Positions 27,782-36,785 of a DNA stretch of 39,088 bases are shown here, one piece after another (position 1 is the stretch's first letter; every line of letters begins with the position of its first letter). The DNA is from a virus (lineage: Duplodnaviria > Caudoviricetes). The notes under the pieces are model-generated. The model did no database searches. It was not told the DNA's origin and worked only from the letters and a program-made list of their open reading frames with translations. The DNA lies in the IMG/VR virus record IMGVR_UViG_3300009602_000006, positions 1 through 39,088 of that record; one strand, written 5' to 3'. The translations under genes were made by a program, and so were the position numbers.

Positions 27782-27841
27782 GGGATTATATACAAAAGTG
27801 CCGAAGGGTCCGGGCATTCGGCGCGACATGACCCTTCCCTC

Positions 27842-28762
27842 TCAGTCTTCCTCGATGACCCTGACTGGCGTGACGGCGGCGCGGCCCAGTTCCTCGGGGG
27901 TCACAGCAAGGCCGATGTCCTGCTCTAGCTCGGCCTTGCTCGGCTGATAGGTATGCCGCTTCACTCGAACGACTGGTAACGGCGCTCCATCCGCGCCCGC
28001 CTTTGCAGTATCTCTCTCGCCCATAAGACCACTTATCCCTTGAACTGCGCCAGTAACCATAGACACGGCCCGAGACCGTATCTTTATGGCTTTTCGAGCG
28101 TCGCGGTCGATCTTGTTGACCTGTTCACGCTGTTCGCTGGTCTCTGGCAGTGGAACTAGGACGCTCTTCGCTTGGTCCTCGGTAAGCTCATCGACCACTG
28201 CCCCGTAAATCTGTGCGGTCAATTGGACATGCCCAAGCGGAGACGCTAGGAATGAATAGAGGTAGCCTGGGGGGCATTTCTTCTCATTCGGAACAATGCG
28301 CATTATGTGTTCCGACGCCGCCCAACCATCCCATTCAGCAGGTGCCATTGCGACCCTGCCGACCGTTCCTGATCGGGTGACTAAAACCCACCCTGACCGA
28401 ATAATCCATTGGCCAATATCTGGATGTGCATTCCGCGAGATATGTTTTAGACCGGCTGGTTGAAAATGGACGATATGACTTCCTTGCAGAAATGGAAGAC
28501 CGAACTCGGCATCAACGTAAATGCGTTTGAACCGTGGCGGGATGAACACCCGCGACGTGATGTCACCGAGCGGTGCCAGCGACATTCCCGAATGACGAAG
28601 CGTATCGAGGGCCTGTGCGACAACCGGGTTGAAGTAGCTCGCATCGAGTCGTCTCGCAACCGTCCGGGCCACGATGTTGGACGGCACGGCGAAGTGCTCC
28701 ACGCTTCGCCGTGGTGGTGACTTCGGAGACGTGACGGACGCACGCGGCTTACGTTGCGCCAT
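27842..28762 (-). CDS. R-M specificity subunit (HsdS-like, single TRD) with extra C-terminal segment
   Basis: RLDASYF, LPFLQG, VLVTRSGTVGRVA, YLYSFLAS..G..Q; ATG at 28762. Confidence 0.85.
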   Translation of the reverse strand: MAQRKPRASVTSPKSPPRRSVEHFAVPSNIVARTVARRLDASYFNPVVAQALDTLRHSGMSLAPLGDITSRVFIPPRFKRIYVDAEFGLPFLQGSHIVHFQPAGLKHISRNAHPDIGQWIIRSGWVLVTRSGTVGRVAMAPAEWDGWAASEHIMRIVPNEKKCPPGYLYSFLASPLGHVQLTAQIYGAVVDELTEDQAKSVLVPLPETSEQREQVNKIDRDARKAIKIRSRAVSMVTGAVQGISGLMGERDTAKAGADGAPLPVVRVKRHTYQPSKAELEQDIGLAVTPEELGRAAVTPVRVIEED

Positions 28763-30647
28763 AACCAGCCCCCCGTCTCCACTCGTCAAAGGCTTCCGCA
28801 ACCAGTGGCAGCTCATCGTCTACGGTTGGTTCCTGGTTCTCGTCGAGCACCTCGAAGCCTTCCGGAGTTTTATAGTAGACAGGGTTACCCCGCTTGTCTC
28901 GTCCCACCGTACGTGGGATCGACATGAACACCTCGTAGTCGTCCAGAGCGTCCGCCTCGGCCAGTTTTATCTGTGTGCGAGTAAGTCGCTGCATGATAAG
29001 AACGCTCGGATTGGGCACGCCACCACCGTCTGCGAACGTTTCTTTGGGGAGATCCACTGAGGCAATAAAGCGAGCGCGCAGGAACGCCCACTGCCTGATG
29101 AACTCTAGGCCGGGGTTGTTGAGAATGCTGTCCGGCAAGACGATGGCCAGGTACCCGCCCGGCTTCAAGTATCGGAGTGCAGTTTCCACAAAGAGTTGTT
29201 CCGCTGGCATTGAGGACCGCGTGTTTGCAGCCCCAAAGGAGGGCAGCTCGTAACGCGACAGTACATGTGGATCGTCGATGATGGCTCGTCCGCCAAACGG
29301 CGGATTCGTGACACAGATGTCGAACGATCCGGGCTTGATCTTCCGCCGTGCGTCCTCGTCGTCCCACTCGCCAGGTGCCGTGAGTGAGTCGCCCTGGAAA
29401 ACGTTCGCGGACCCGTCGCCGTGCATCACGAGGTTCATCTGCGTGGTCCGCACAAGAAACGGGTTAATGTCCATACCGAACAGGTTCCGCTCAGCGATGT
29501 TCTTCACTCGGGCTGCCACACGTCCCCGCACCACGGCATCCGTGCCGCCCCTCCTCTCCTCGAACGCGCTGACGGTGTCCCGGATCTGATTGATTACCGA
29601 CACGAGAAATCCGCCCGTGCCGCAACAGCAATCCAAAATCTTCAAAGACGTGGCGCGCTGGAGCGGAAACAGGGACAGCGTCATCCCCACCGCCATGTCG
29701 CACACGTTCCGGGGCGTGAAGAACTCTCCACGGTCCCCGCGTAGGTTCTCCCCAACCAACTCCTCGTAGGCGGCACCCTTGATGTCCGTGTTGGTGCGGA
29801 GCAGGGAATACCGCTGCAACTCCGACACAATGTACGACAACACCTTGCGGTTTAGCTTGATGCCCTCATCGGACTCGAAGATATACGGGTATCGCTGCTT
29901 TACCTGATCAAACAATGGCGCGATCCGCTCGTCCAGTACACGGCGCTGGCCTGCTTCAGACCGTCGCTCGTCACCGCGAATAAAGAACCGCAAGGCACCC
30001 ATCGTCTCGTACTCGTCGAGCACCTTGCAGAAGATGAGCTTTTGTAACTCGTGGAAGGCTTCGGCCTTCTGGATGCCCTGATTCGCGTAAACATAGTTAT
30101 GACAACGGCGCAACGCAGCCTTGAGATCTACCGCTGGTGTGAGGCTGGAGAACTCCGGCGGCTTCGGTTCAAGATCGCCCTGTCGCGGAATGTCCGTCGT
30201 CTCAACAATGCTGCCGTCTTCCAGGCGCTCATAGGTGATCTTCTCTAATCCGACCCACAAGCCGTATCGGCAGGATGACGCGCTCATGTAGCTCTTGAGC
30301 TGCTCCACTCCCTCGGAGCGATCACGCGGCAATACGTCGGCCCGTTTGGCCTCGACTATCAGGAAGATGACATCTTGGCGATGTGCGCTGCCCGGCGTGA
30401 ACACCACAAGATCAGCCCGCTTTCGCGACGAGCCCATTTTGATCCGGTATTCGACCGCGATGTCCGAACGGTTGTACTTGTACTCATCCACGAGGCTCCG
30501 CGCCCACCGCTGGCGGACATGTTCTTCTGGTTTGTCTGGGCGGAGTTGTCCTGTGATGTAGCATCTGAGTTTACCGGCCGGAATGAGCGGGACGACGTTC
30601 GTAGCGTCAGGCATAGTGCGCGTTTGCCTATTAGACGGCCGTGGCAT
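28749..30647 (-). CDS. Fused restriction endonuclease (HsdR N-terminal-like PD-(D/E)XK) and N6-adenine methyltransferase; type IIB/IIG-like
   Basis: PEEHVRQ, RADLVVF...IVEAK; GEFFTPR, DCCCGTGGFL, NPPF. Confidence 0.92.
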   Translation of the reverse strand: MPRPSNRQTRTMPDATNVVPLIPAGKLRCYITGQLRPDKPEEHVRQRWARSLVDEYKYNRSDIAVEYRIKMGSSRKRADLVVFTPGSAHRQDVIFLIVEAKRADVLPRDRSEGVEQLKSYMSASSCRYGLWVGLEKITYERLEDGSIVETTDIPRQGDLEPKPPEFSSLTPAVDLKAALRRCHNYVYANQGIQKAEAFHELQKLIFCKVLDEYETMGALRFFIRGDERRSEAGQRRVLDERIAPLFDQVKQRYPYIFESDEGIKLNRKVLSYIVSELQRYSLLRTNTDIKGAAYEELVGENLRGDRGEFFTPRNVCDMAVGMTLSLFPLQRATSLKILDCCCGTGGFLVSVINQIRDTVSAFEERRGGTDAVVRGRVAARVKNIAERNLFGMDINPFLVRTTQMNLVMHGDGSANVFQGDSLTAPGEWDDEDARRKIKPGSFDICVTNPPFGGRAIIDDPHVLSRYELPSFGAANTRSSMPAEQLFVETALRYLKPGGYLAIVLPDSILNNPGLEFIRQWAFLRARFIASVDLPKETFADGGGVPNPSVLIMQRLTRTQIKLAEADALDDYEVFMSIPRTVGRDKRGNPVYYKTPEGFEVLDENQEPTVDDELPLVAEAFDEWRRGAGYGAT

Positions 30648-30900
30648 GCTCTCCGTGGTCGTGGTTGGTCAGGTCGCGGTAGCGGAGTCGCCGCCCTTCA
30701 GCGCCGCGCACCATCGCGGCCATCTGGTCGGCTGTGCCCTGGTCGCGGTTGTTGTGACGCCCCTCGAACTCTGCGACGTAGCGGTGCAGGTGCTCGGGAC
30801 TCATGCGGTGGAAGACACCGACGTAACCGCGCTTGAGCATCGACCAGAACGACTCCATGCCGTTGATGCTCACCGCTCCCCTTCTGCATGCCTTCTCCAC
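30631..30900 (-). pseudogene. IS1595-family (ISXO2-like) DDE transposase, C-terminal fragment
   Basis: INGMESFWSMLKRGYVGVFHRMSPEHLHRYVAEFEGRHN...RLRYRDL; the N-terminal zinc ribbon and first catalytic Asp residues are absent. Confidence 0.9.
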
Positions 30901-31407
30901 TTACCACTGGTGTCCACACTGGGGACAGGTATGGGATGGGGGTGTGGGTGGCCGCTCGCCGATGGCCAGTTCCCTGACGGCTTCTCGGCTGAGCCCCTCG
31001 ACCGACGCTCGCAGGAGCAGCGCGTGCCGTGCCACGGGATCTTTCTCGGAGATGGCCTCACGGTGATGTGACCAGGACACGGAGTGGACGCGCTGGTCGG
31101 GTGGGTAGGTCCGGGATACCCACGCTGCCTTCGTGAGTGTTGAATAAGATTTCTGGGTCACTTCAAGGGCCTGTGTGTACATCTCGCCCCAATCCCCTCG
31201 TTGATCGCCATAGTGCAACAGGTCGCCAAGCGCCCACATCGCTCCATTCGCCAGCTCCTGGCATATTTGCAACCCGGTGCAAAATTGCTCGAAGGTAACG
31301 TCGGCATCGATGACGGCCCCCGTTGGGGTCAGTGTGATGCCGTCGGCGAGGGACAGCGCCCCGATGCCCCTATGGACCGGGATAGCCGGGGCAAGATCGT
31401 CGGTCAT
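30901..31407 (-). CDS. LmbU-like putative DNA-binding protein with C-terminal CPQCG
   Basis: WALGDLL.YG...GEMYTQA...R...SWSHHREA; AAAGGA RBS; ATGA overlap. Confidence 0.6.
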   Translation of the reverse strand: MTDDLAPAIPVHRGIGALSLADGITLTPTGAVIDADVTFEQFCTGLQICQELANGAMWALGDLLHYGDQRGDWGEMYTQALEVTQKSYSTLTKAAWVSRTYPPDQRVHSVSWSHHREAISEKDPVARHALLLRASVEGLSREAVRELAIGERPPTPPSHTCPQCGHQW

Positions 31408-31733
31408 TGGGTGTCCTTTCCAGCGGCGGCGGCGGCGATGCGGTTCCCAAAAACCGAGACCATCGCGGCCATGTTTTTGATCAGCGGCAGAATGTCGTCC
31501 ACCGATCGGATGACCACGACCGGTGATCCGCCCCAGCGCGCGTGCCATTCAGCTTGGGCGGGATTCACCTTCCCCTTCGGTCCCTTGATTTCGAGAAGGA
31601 TCGTGAGCCCGCGAAAGCCAATACAGAGGTCGGGCACCCCTTTACCCAGGGACGCCAGACTGAACACGGTCGCTCCCGCTGTTCGCAGCGCCGTGACTAT
31701 CTCTCGTTGGTTTGTGTCCACTTTTTTAGGCAT
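31404..31733 (-). CDS. VRR-NUC domain nuclease/resolvase
   Basis: KVDTNQREIV.ALR..G, GVPDL, LLEIK.PKGK....Q..W. Confidence 0.85.
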   Translation of the reverse strand: MPKKVDTNQREIVTALRTAGATVFSLASLGKGVPDLCIGFRGLTILLEIKGPKGKVNPAQAEWHARWGGSPVVVIRSVDDILPLIKNMAAMVSVFGNRIAAAAAGKDTQ

Positions 31734-31736
31734 GTG

Positions 31737-31814
31737 CTCCACCTATCTCCACCCGGTCTCCACCTATCTCCACCCCAATCTCCACCTATCTCCACCCCTG
31801 TCTCCACCGTGGAG
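31737..31814. repeat. Array of seven CTCCACC heptamers plus an inverted GTGGAG
   Basis: Copies at 31737, 31747, 31758, 31768, 31780, 31790 and 31802. Confidence 0.9.
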
Positions 31815-31842
31815 GCGCTCTCAGAATTTTTCACCAGGTGGC

Positions 31843-32325
31843 TCATCGTCTGACGGGGTATTTGTGTGGCCGTTGCTGCACGGTGATTGGACCGTCAGCT
31901 CCAAGGACCGGGTCCACCACGAGTGTGATTCGTCGCTCGTGGATGCCCTGATGATGGCAGGTGTGGCACAGGAGGACGGTATTCTGCGTTGTGGTCTCCC
32001 CTCCGGCGCTACGGAAGACGAGATGGTGCATTTCCGCCTCCTGGAGCCCCTCTGAGAGGCGTGTCCCGCAGACCCGGCAGTGCGTATCTCGCAGGGCGAG
32101 CTTGTCCCGTACAGCGGCCGTGAGACGTGCCTGGACGCGTCTCTCGCTCGATCGTTCCTGCTGCCTGGTCCTGGTGGGCTTCGCAAATGGCAATGGCATC
32201 CGATCAGGTGGGGAGGCCCAGTGCAGTGTGCAGAGGAGGAATGGCAGCCTCCCCGTGCGTGGTAAGGCGCACGGGACACACTGGTGTCGCCTGGGATGAG
32301 GTGACCACTGACCTCCCCGCCTCAT
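31843..32325 (-). CDS. HNH endonuclease (alternative start 32199)
   Basis: RDTHCRVCG...MHHLVFRSAGG....NTVLLCHTCH. Confidence 0.85.
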   Translation of the reverse strand: MRRGGQWSPHPRRHQCVPCALPRTGRLPFLLCTLHWASPPDRMPLPFAKPTRTRQQERSSERRVQARLTAAVRDKLALRDTHCRVCGTRLSEGLQEAEMHHLVFRSAGGETTTQNTVLLCHTCHHQGIHERRITLVVDPVLGADGPITVQQRPHKYPVRR

Positions 32326-32882
32326 CGGACGTGCTTCCGACGGCGTTGCGACTGCGCGTGCGCTCGACGGGCCTGCAGCACGGGGTTCGTACTCCAGCAC
32401 TGGCAGCGGCGGTGCCGCGTAGTGATTATGTCCTCAATCCAGGCGAAATCTCGACACATCTGGCAACCAAAGGTCGGAATGACCGGCTGCTGTGTTCTGA
32501 GGGGATGGTCGGGTGCGATGGCCCGGCCAGTGACCCGCGCGTATGTATCGAAGAACCGGTTCCGGGCGGCGATGATCCGCTCGGCTTCGTCACGCTCCGG
32601 CTCGCGCCCAGCGGTGAGGTGCTGTACCTCCTGGCTCAACTCACGAGTCAGTCGGTCTGTTGCCAGTTGTTCAGCTCTGGCCTTCCAGGTACCCGCATCG
32701 GGCAGATAGGGCGACGGCTCACCGCCCAGATCGTGTGCCGCTTCCTCAAGCGCGGCGATGGGTATCTGTCCTAGTTCTTTATAGTAGGCAGTGAGTTTGA
32801 CGCCATCGACGGGGGTGTTTTTGGTGGCGGCGAGAAAATTAAACGCCGTCGCAAAACGTCGTTTGTCCGTGGAGTCAGCCAT
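32322..32882 (-). CDS. Replication-associated protein (helicase loader/inhibitor-like)
   Basis: Follows the initiator; YYKEL..IP...LEEA......PYLP; C-terminal CQMC...CQC. Confidence 0.5.
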   Translation of the reverse strand: MADSTDKRRFATAFNFLAATKNTPVDGVKLTAYYKELGQIPIAALEEAAHDLGGEPSPYLPDAGTWKARAEQLATDRLTRELSQEVQHLTAGREPERDEAERIIAARNRFFDTYARVTGRAIAPDHPLRTQQPVIPTFGCQMCRDFAWIEDIITTRHRRCQCWSTNPVLQARRAHAQSQRRRKHVR

Positions 32883-32883
32883 G

Positions 32884-33693
32884 CTATGGGGTCTCCTCGT
32901 GTTGCAAGAAATCCGCGGTCGCTTCGATCATGCCTTGCGTTTGGCGCGTGAGCGTTGGCCGTGGGGCTGGAACGGTACACGCATCTTCCCACTGCCGTTG
33001 ATTGATCCACGTCGCCGGGTGGGGGATATATTGGGATGTCCGGTTTTCGGTTTTCCAGAGTCGCATCCACCGATGCAGGCCGGCCATGATTTTAACAAAC
33101 AGGTCGGTGTCCGTATCGGCGGTTGTTTTCAGCCACGCTCGCTCCGCTTTCACCCGACAGACGTGTTTGGGATATGCCGCGTAAAACTGTGCAAATTTCG
33201 ATGTTGTACGTACGGTACTACTATGAGTCTTTTGTCTCTTACTCTTCGCCGTCGTAATACGTCCTTGTAATTCAGGTGTTTTGTGGGCCGGTTCTTGATC
33301 GTTGACCTCTATAGTATGCGGTGGGATCGTCCGTATCTCTGGGATATCTTCAAGGATCGGTTGGACCGGTGACTCGCCGTTTAACCCGGTCTCATCGATG
33401 ACCGTGGACCCTGTATTTTGTGGGGGTAGAGCGAGGTGGACCATGTACCGTTTCAAATGTCCCCTCCGCCCATCAGCCGAAATAGCCCCCACGGTCAGGA
33501 GGTTGTGCAGCCATCGGTCCACGGACTCGCTCGAACTCCCGACCGCCGTGGCCATCTGCTCACGGGTGGGATCACCGTCACCGTCAGCCCACACGGCGAG
33601 GAGCGCATAGAGTCGGACCGCCCCATTGGTCAGGCCGCGATGCGTGATCACCGACATCGGGAGATACGCCGCTGCCCCCACGTCAGATCGCAC
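32884..33693 (-). CDS. Replication initiator (N-terminal wHTH, C-terminal DnaD-like)
   Basis: AVRLYALL, PTREQMA..VG.S..SVDRW...L; FAQFYAAYPK...KAERAW, YIPHPATWINQRQWED. Confidence 0.8.
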   Translation of the reverse strand: MRSDVGAAAYLPMSVITHRGLTNGAVRLYALLAVWADGDGDPTREQMATAVGSSSESVDRWLHNLLTVGAISADGRRGHLKRYMVHLALPPQNTGSTVIDETGLNGESPVQPILEDIPEIRTIPPHTIEVNDQEPAHKTPELQGRITTAKSKRQKTHSSTVRTTSKFAQFYAAYPKHVCRVKAERAWLKTTADTDTDLFVKIMAGLHRWMRLWKTENRTSQYIPHPATWINQRQWEDACTVPAPRPTLTRQTQGMIEATADFLQHEETP

Positions 33694-34249
33694 GGATGTC
33701 CTCCGTGGGCTGGATCGTGATCACCGTGATGTCCAGTACGACGCGACAGCCGTCAATCGAGAATAATCCTCCCCGCTGCCGCGCTATTTTGTTGAGGGTT
33801 GGCGTGTGCGGCGCGAGCACCTCCAGCGGCACTTCATGGCGAGCCACGGCCTCGACTAGGGCTCGCAGATTGTCCACGACCACGCGAGGCGTGGTTTGCC
33901 GGCGGAGCCAGTCCGGTGGCGTCACGAGTTGCACCGCACGTCCATTATCTGGCGCTGGTGCGTCCTCATACGCCACGACCGACATGGCGAGCGTGTCCTC
34001 CTCGGTTTGCACGCGGTCGAGGTCTGCGCGTTCGAGGTTCAGGATGGTTTTTCGTGAGGCGTTGATCGCGTCTTTGATGGGTCTATAGTGGGCGGTGATC
34101 GTCTTCCGCAGCGTCTGGAGATCGCGCAGGACACGACACGCTCGTCGGTAGGTCACCGGCGTCGTGATCGTTTGCGTTTGCGCCAGGGCGGTCGTTTTGA
34201 CCAGTTTGTTCTGGAGTCGTTTCGGGATCTGTTTCGATTTTGTTGCCAT
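33683..34249 (-). CDS. Hypothetical recombination-module protein
   Basis: GAGG RBS; helical N-half; LNKIAR...IDGCRV tail. Confidence 0.65.
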   Translation of the reverse strand: MATKSKQIPKRLQNKLVKTTALAQTQTITTPVTYRRACRVLRDLQTLRKTITAHYRPIKDAINASRKTILNLERADLDRVQTEEDTLAMSVVAYEDAPAPDNGRAVQLVTPPDWLRRQTTPRVVVDNLRALVEAVARHEVPLEVLAPHTPTLNKIARQRGGLFSIDGCRVVLDITVITIQPTEDIRAI

Positions 34250-34784
34250 TGTGTGCCTCTGTGAGGAGATACCGCCAGCGCAGAAAGTCCTTGGTATCGG
34301 TGTAGGTCACAGCTCGCCACTGCCCTGATTTTTCCAAGAACAGCGCCACGCGGAGGGCCTGCTCATAGCTGTCCGGCGACCGCAGCATGGCGTAGCAGGC
34401 GAGCTGTATCGCCACCCGGAGTTGCGTATCTCGACCGCGCCCGGCGCCGGTCTTGAGGTCGGCGATGACCAGCTGATCATGGCCGTGCAGGCGTCCAATA
34501 CGGTCCGGGATTCCGTGCCAGTCGCCGTTATCATATGGTTGTTCGATTTCCTCCCATATGGGCTCGATGGCCTCGCAGCAGGCCAGGTATGCCTGGCAAT
34601 AGCCCCGGTAGTCAGGCAGCGGCGTGCGATCGCCCCCTTGGTCCAGCCGTTCGGCCCACTCGTGGACCGCTGTGCCTCGCGCCAGTGCCATCCGCAGCCA
34701 CGGAGTGTCCGGGAGTGGCGGGTGCGTTTTCGACCACACCGATGAGAATGACCACTGGCTTCGGAACGCTGGGCGTTGCCGCAT
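34083..34784 (-). CDS. PD-(D/E)XK (Cas4/RecB-like) exonuclease
   Basis: RGTAVH, GIPDRI, IADLKTG, IQLACY. Overlaps the next gene by 167 bp. Confidence 0.85.
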   Translation of the reverse strand: MRQRPAFRSQWSFSSVWSKTHPPLPDTPWLRMALARGTAVHEWAERLDQGGDRTPLPDYRGYCQAYLACCEAIEPIWEEIEQPYDNGDWHGIPDRIGRLHGHDQLVIADLKTGAGRGRDTQLRVAIQLACYAMLRSPDSYEQALRVALFLEKSGQWRAVTYTDTKDFLRWRYLLTEAHNGNKIETDPETTPEQTGQNDRPGANANDHDAGDLPTSVSCPARSPDAAEDDHRPL

Positions 34785-35512
34785 TAGAGTGGGGCCGTCC
34801 CGTTTTGAATTTGGTCACAGATTTCCTCGTAGTTTTGCCGTTCAATGTCGGTCGTGGCGTCTGTCCACTCATAGCCGTACGCCTTCTTGAGCCAGCGTGT
34901 GACCTCGGTTATGTCCACATTCTGAGCCTTTGCAATCGCATACAGGCGCTTTGACTGCGCGTGGCTAATCACGTTTATCTTCGTCGTCGGCGCAGCAGTC
35001 TGTGTCACGGCCTTTGCCATGTCTTGGTTGAGTTGACGGTCGTGAGCCCCCTCTTTTCCAGCCGCCGCGTTCCCGTCGTCGTCCACGTCGAGCAGGCTCT
35101 GTTCTTTGGGATCGACTGGGGCGAGGCCCAGGAGTGCGAGCAAACTCCCTCGTCGGCCATACGTGTAGGCTGACAGGATCGCTTGCGAGGCATCTCGGTC
35201 GAGGGCTTTGGCTGACGGGGGAATTGGGAGTACCGTTTCCATCCACTCCCCAGAGGTATGAATAAGCCGCGTGATCACGGCAAACTCGCCATTGAGGAGC
35301 GTCGCGCCCTGTATTACCGTGAGTCCACACGCCGCTAACGGTTTGATCGTTTTGTGCAACACAAAGGGGAGTGTCGCGTAGGGATTACCATAGTGCGGAT
35401 TACTGGACTCTGCGACGAACTCGATGCCTTGCTCCGCGAATGCAACCCGTGCTGCGAAGAGTTGATTCACGCTCGCGCTGGTACGGATCGTCGGGATGTC
35501 GTCGGATGCCAT
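34784..35512 (-). CDS. erf: ERF-family ssDNA annealing protein
   Basis: NPHY...YATL, TRLIHTSGEW, SAYTYGRR.SL..LLGL, DDDGN; AAGGAG RBS. Confidence 0.9.
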   Translation of the reverse strand: MASDDIPTIRTSASVNQLFAARVAFAEQGIEFVAESSNPHYGNPYATLPFVLHKTIKPLAACGLTVIQGATLLNGEFAVITRLIHTSGEWMETVLPIPPSAKALDRDASQAILSAYTYGRRGSLLALLGLAPVDPKEQSLLDVDDDGNAAAGKEGAHDRQLNQDMAKAVTQTAAPTTKINVISHAQSKRLYAIAKAQNVDITEVTRWLKKAYGYEWTDATTDIERQNYEEICDQIQNGTAPL

Positions 35513-35588
35513 TATTTTCTCCTTGGGCTATACTGATTGACTATAGGCTCTTATCGTACACTCCTTTTCGCGCTGTGTGTGAAAAATA

Positions 35589-35849
35589 TTAGCGAGCTTG
35601 CAGGTGGTCGTGATCGTCTTCTCGGATCAGCGTCATCCCCAGTTTGAGCGCCTGCCGTTTCGCCGTGGCGAGTCGAGGGGCCACATTCGGGTGGTACGAC
35701 ACGTCGGCGGCCAAGGCAATTAAATGGCGGCTATCGACCGCTCCACCGACCAATTTATTGCGTTCTGGCGAGCGCACGTAGGACGTGACGCTGGCGCGCG
35801 ACCAGCCGCAGTACGCTCGCAGACTGTCTGCAAAGTCGGATGGAGTCAT
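35589..35849 (-). CDS. Peptidase M15 (Zn D-Ala-D-Ala peptidase), candidate minimal endolysin
   Basis: TSYVRSPERNKLVGG...SRH....AAD...DHDHLQ. Confidence 0.85.
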   Translation of the reverse strand: MTPSDFADSLRAYCGWSRASVTSYVRSPERNKLVGGAVDSRHLIALAADVSYHPNVAPRLATAKRQALKLGMTLIREDDHDHLQAR

Positions 35850-36103
35850 TATTGGATTGGCAATTTGAGGCGGGTGTGCATGGCCAGGTAGAGGCCGCTC
35901 AGCACCTCGCCCTGTTTCTCGGGGGGAGCGAGCGCGATCGTATTCGTCAACACGGTGACCAGCCCATTGACGAGATCCTCTGGAGCCAACTCGTGGTCGA
36001 GTGCGTAATCCTCGATCTGGTCAATGAATTCGACCACGCGACGGAGCTGTCCAGGCGTGGTACCGATCTCCTCGGCCAGGCGTTTCACTTCGGCTGCTGT
36101 CAT
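35849..36103 (-). CDS. Hypothetical protein
   Basis: GGAGG RBS; coupled on both sides. Confidence 0.65.
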   Translation of the reverse strand: MTAAEVKRLAEEIGTTPGQLRRVVEFIDQIEDYALDHELAPEDLVNGLVTVLTNTIALAPPEKQGEVLSGLYLAMHTRLKLPIQ

Positions 36104-36363
36104 GGTCCCTCCATCATATCAATCAGCGGGAAATCTGGAGCATCGTGCGTATGGGGCACGTATCGATATTCGGAGATGGTGTGGCCGTGCGGGGACCGTC
36201 TGAGCCGGTTCTGGATGGACCCGGTCGATTTCAGCAGTCGGCGAACGTCGCTGACTCGTGTGCGCCACGCCATTCGCCCGGCGACCCGCTCCAAGGTATA
36301 ACTTGAGATCCACTGGCCTGAGTGTGCCAGAAAAAGACATCGTGCTCGTTCGGTTCGGCTCAT
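36100..36363 (-). CDS. Winged-HTH-like protein
   Basis: G.WIS...L..VAG..AWRTRVSDVR...I.NR...SEYR. Confidence 0.6.
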   Translation of the reverse strand: MSRTERARCLFLAHSGQWISSYTLERVAGRMAWRTRVSDVRRLLKSTGSIQNRLRRSPHGHTISEYRYVPHTHDAPDFPLIDMMEGP

Positions 36364-36785
36364 TATTGCCCCGTGGTCCGAAATCGGATGTGGGCGCGAT
36401 CGGCTGCGTGCAGCAGTTCAGCTCGGGCTCTGATCTTCTGCCCCTCCAGACTGTACCGCCCATCATAGAGACATCGCACGAGTCTGATCCTCGTGGCGGC
36501 CACGGCCGCGCCTGCGAGGGTCGCGTGACACGCCGGCAGTCGGCCTCCGAATAGTATCGCCACTGCTGGCTCGACCAGGACAATGACGCACGATTCTGCC
36601 TGCGACGGATATCCGTACGAGTAGGGGACACTACCGCCCAATGCTGCCACAATCACCGGGAGCGGCTCACCAGCGGCGTGTTTTGTTTCGGCCTCCTCAA
36701 GCAGCGCCAGTACATCGACACGTCTCCGTCTCAGTCGACGAACTCTCAGGAGCGGACAATTGAGATGAGCGTGTATGCTCAGCAT
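36363..36785 (-). CDS. Hypothetical protein
   Basis: TAATG coupling to the downstream gene; start uncertain. Confidence 0.5.
   Translation of the reverse strand: MLSIHAHLNCPLLRVRRLRRRRVDVLALLEEAETKHAAGEPLPVIVAALGGSVPYSYGYPSQAESCVIVLVEPAVAILFGGRLPACHATLAGAAVAATRIRLVRCLYDGRYSLEGQKIRARAELLHAADRAHIRFRTTGQ

Larger units (their letters stand above)
27781..30885 (-). mobile_element. Truncated IS1595-family element with passenger R-M genes
   Basis: Transposase C-terminal fragment, two passenger genes, and a candidate end GGGGATTATATACAAAAGTGCC at 27781-27802 (GGnnATTAT type). The other end was not found. Confidence 0.65.

Noticed and set aside
27778-27805. dif site (central TGTATA hexamer on the minus strand)
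   Set aside because: The arms do not match the XerC/XerD consensus (no TTATGTTAAAT); an IS end fits better.
34083-34784. Cas4 as evidence of a CRISPR-related system
   Set aside because: It lacks the Fe-S cysteine set and sits beside ERF, as an ordinary phage recombination exonuclease does.
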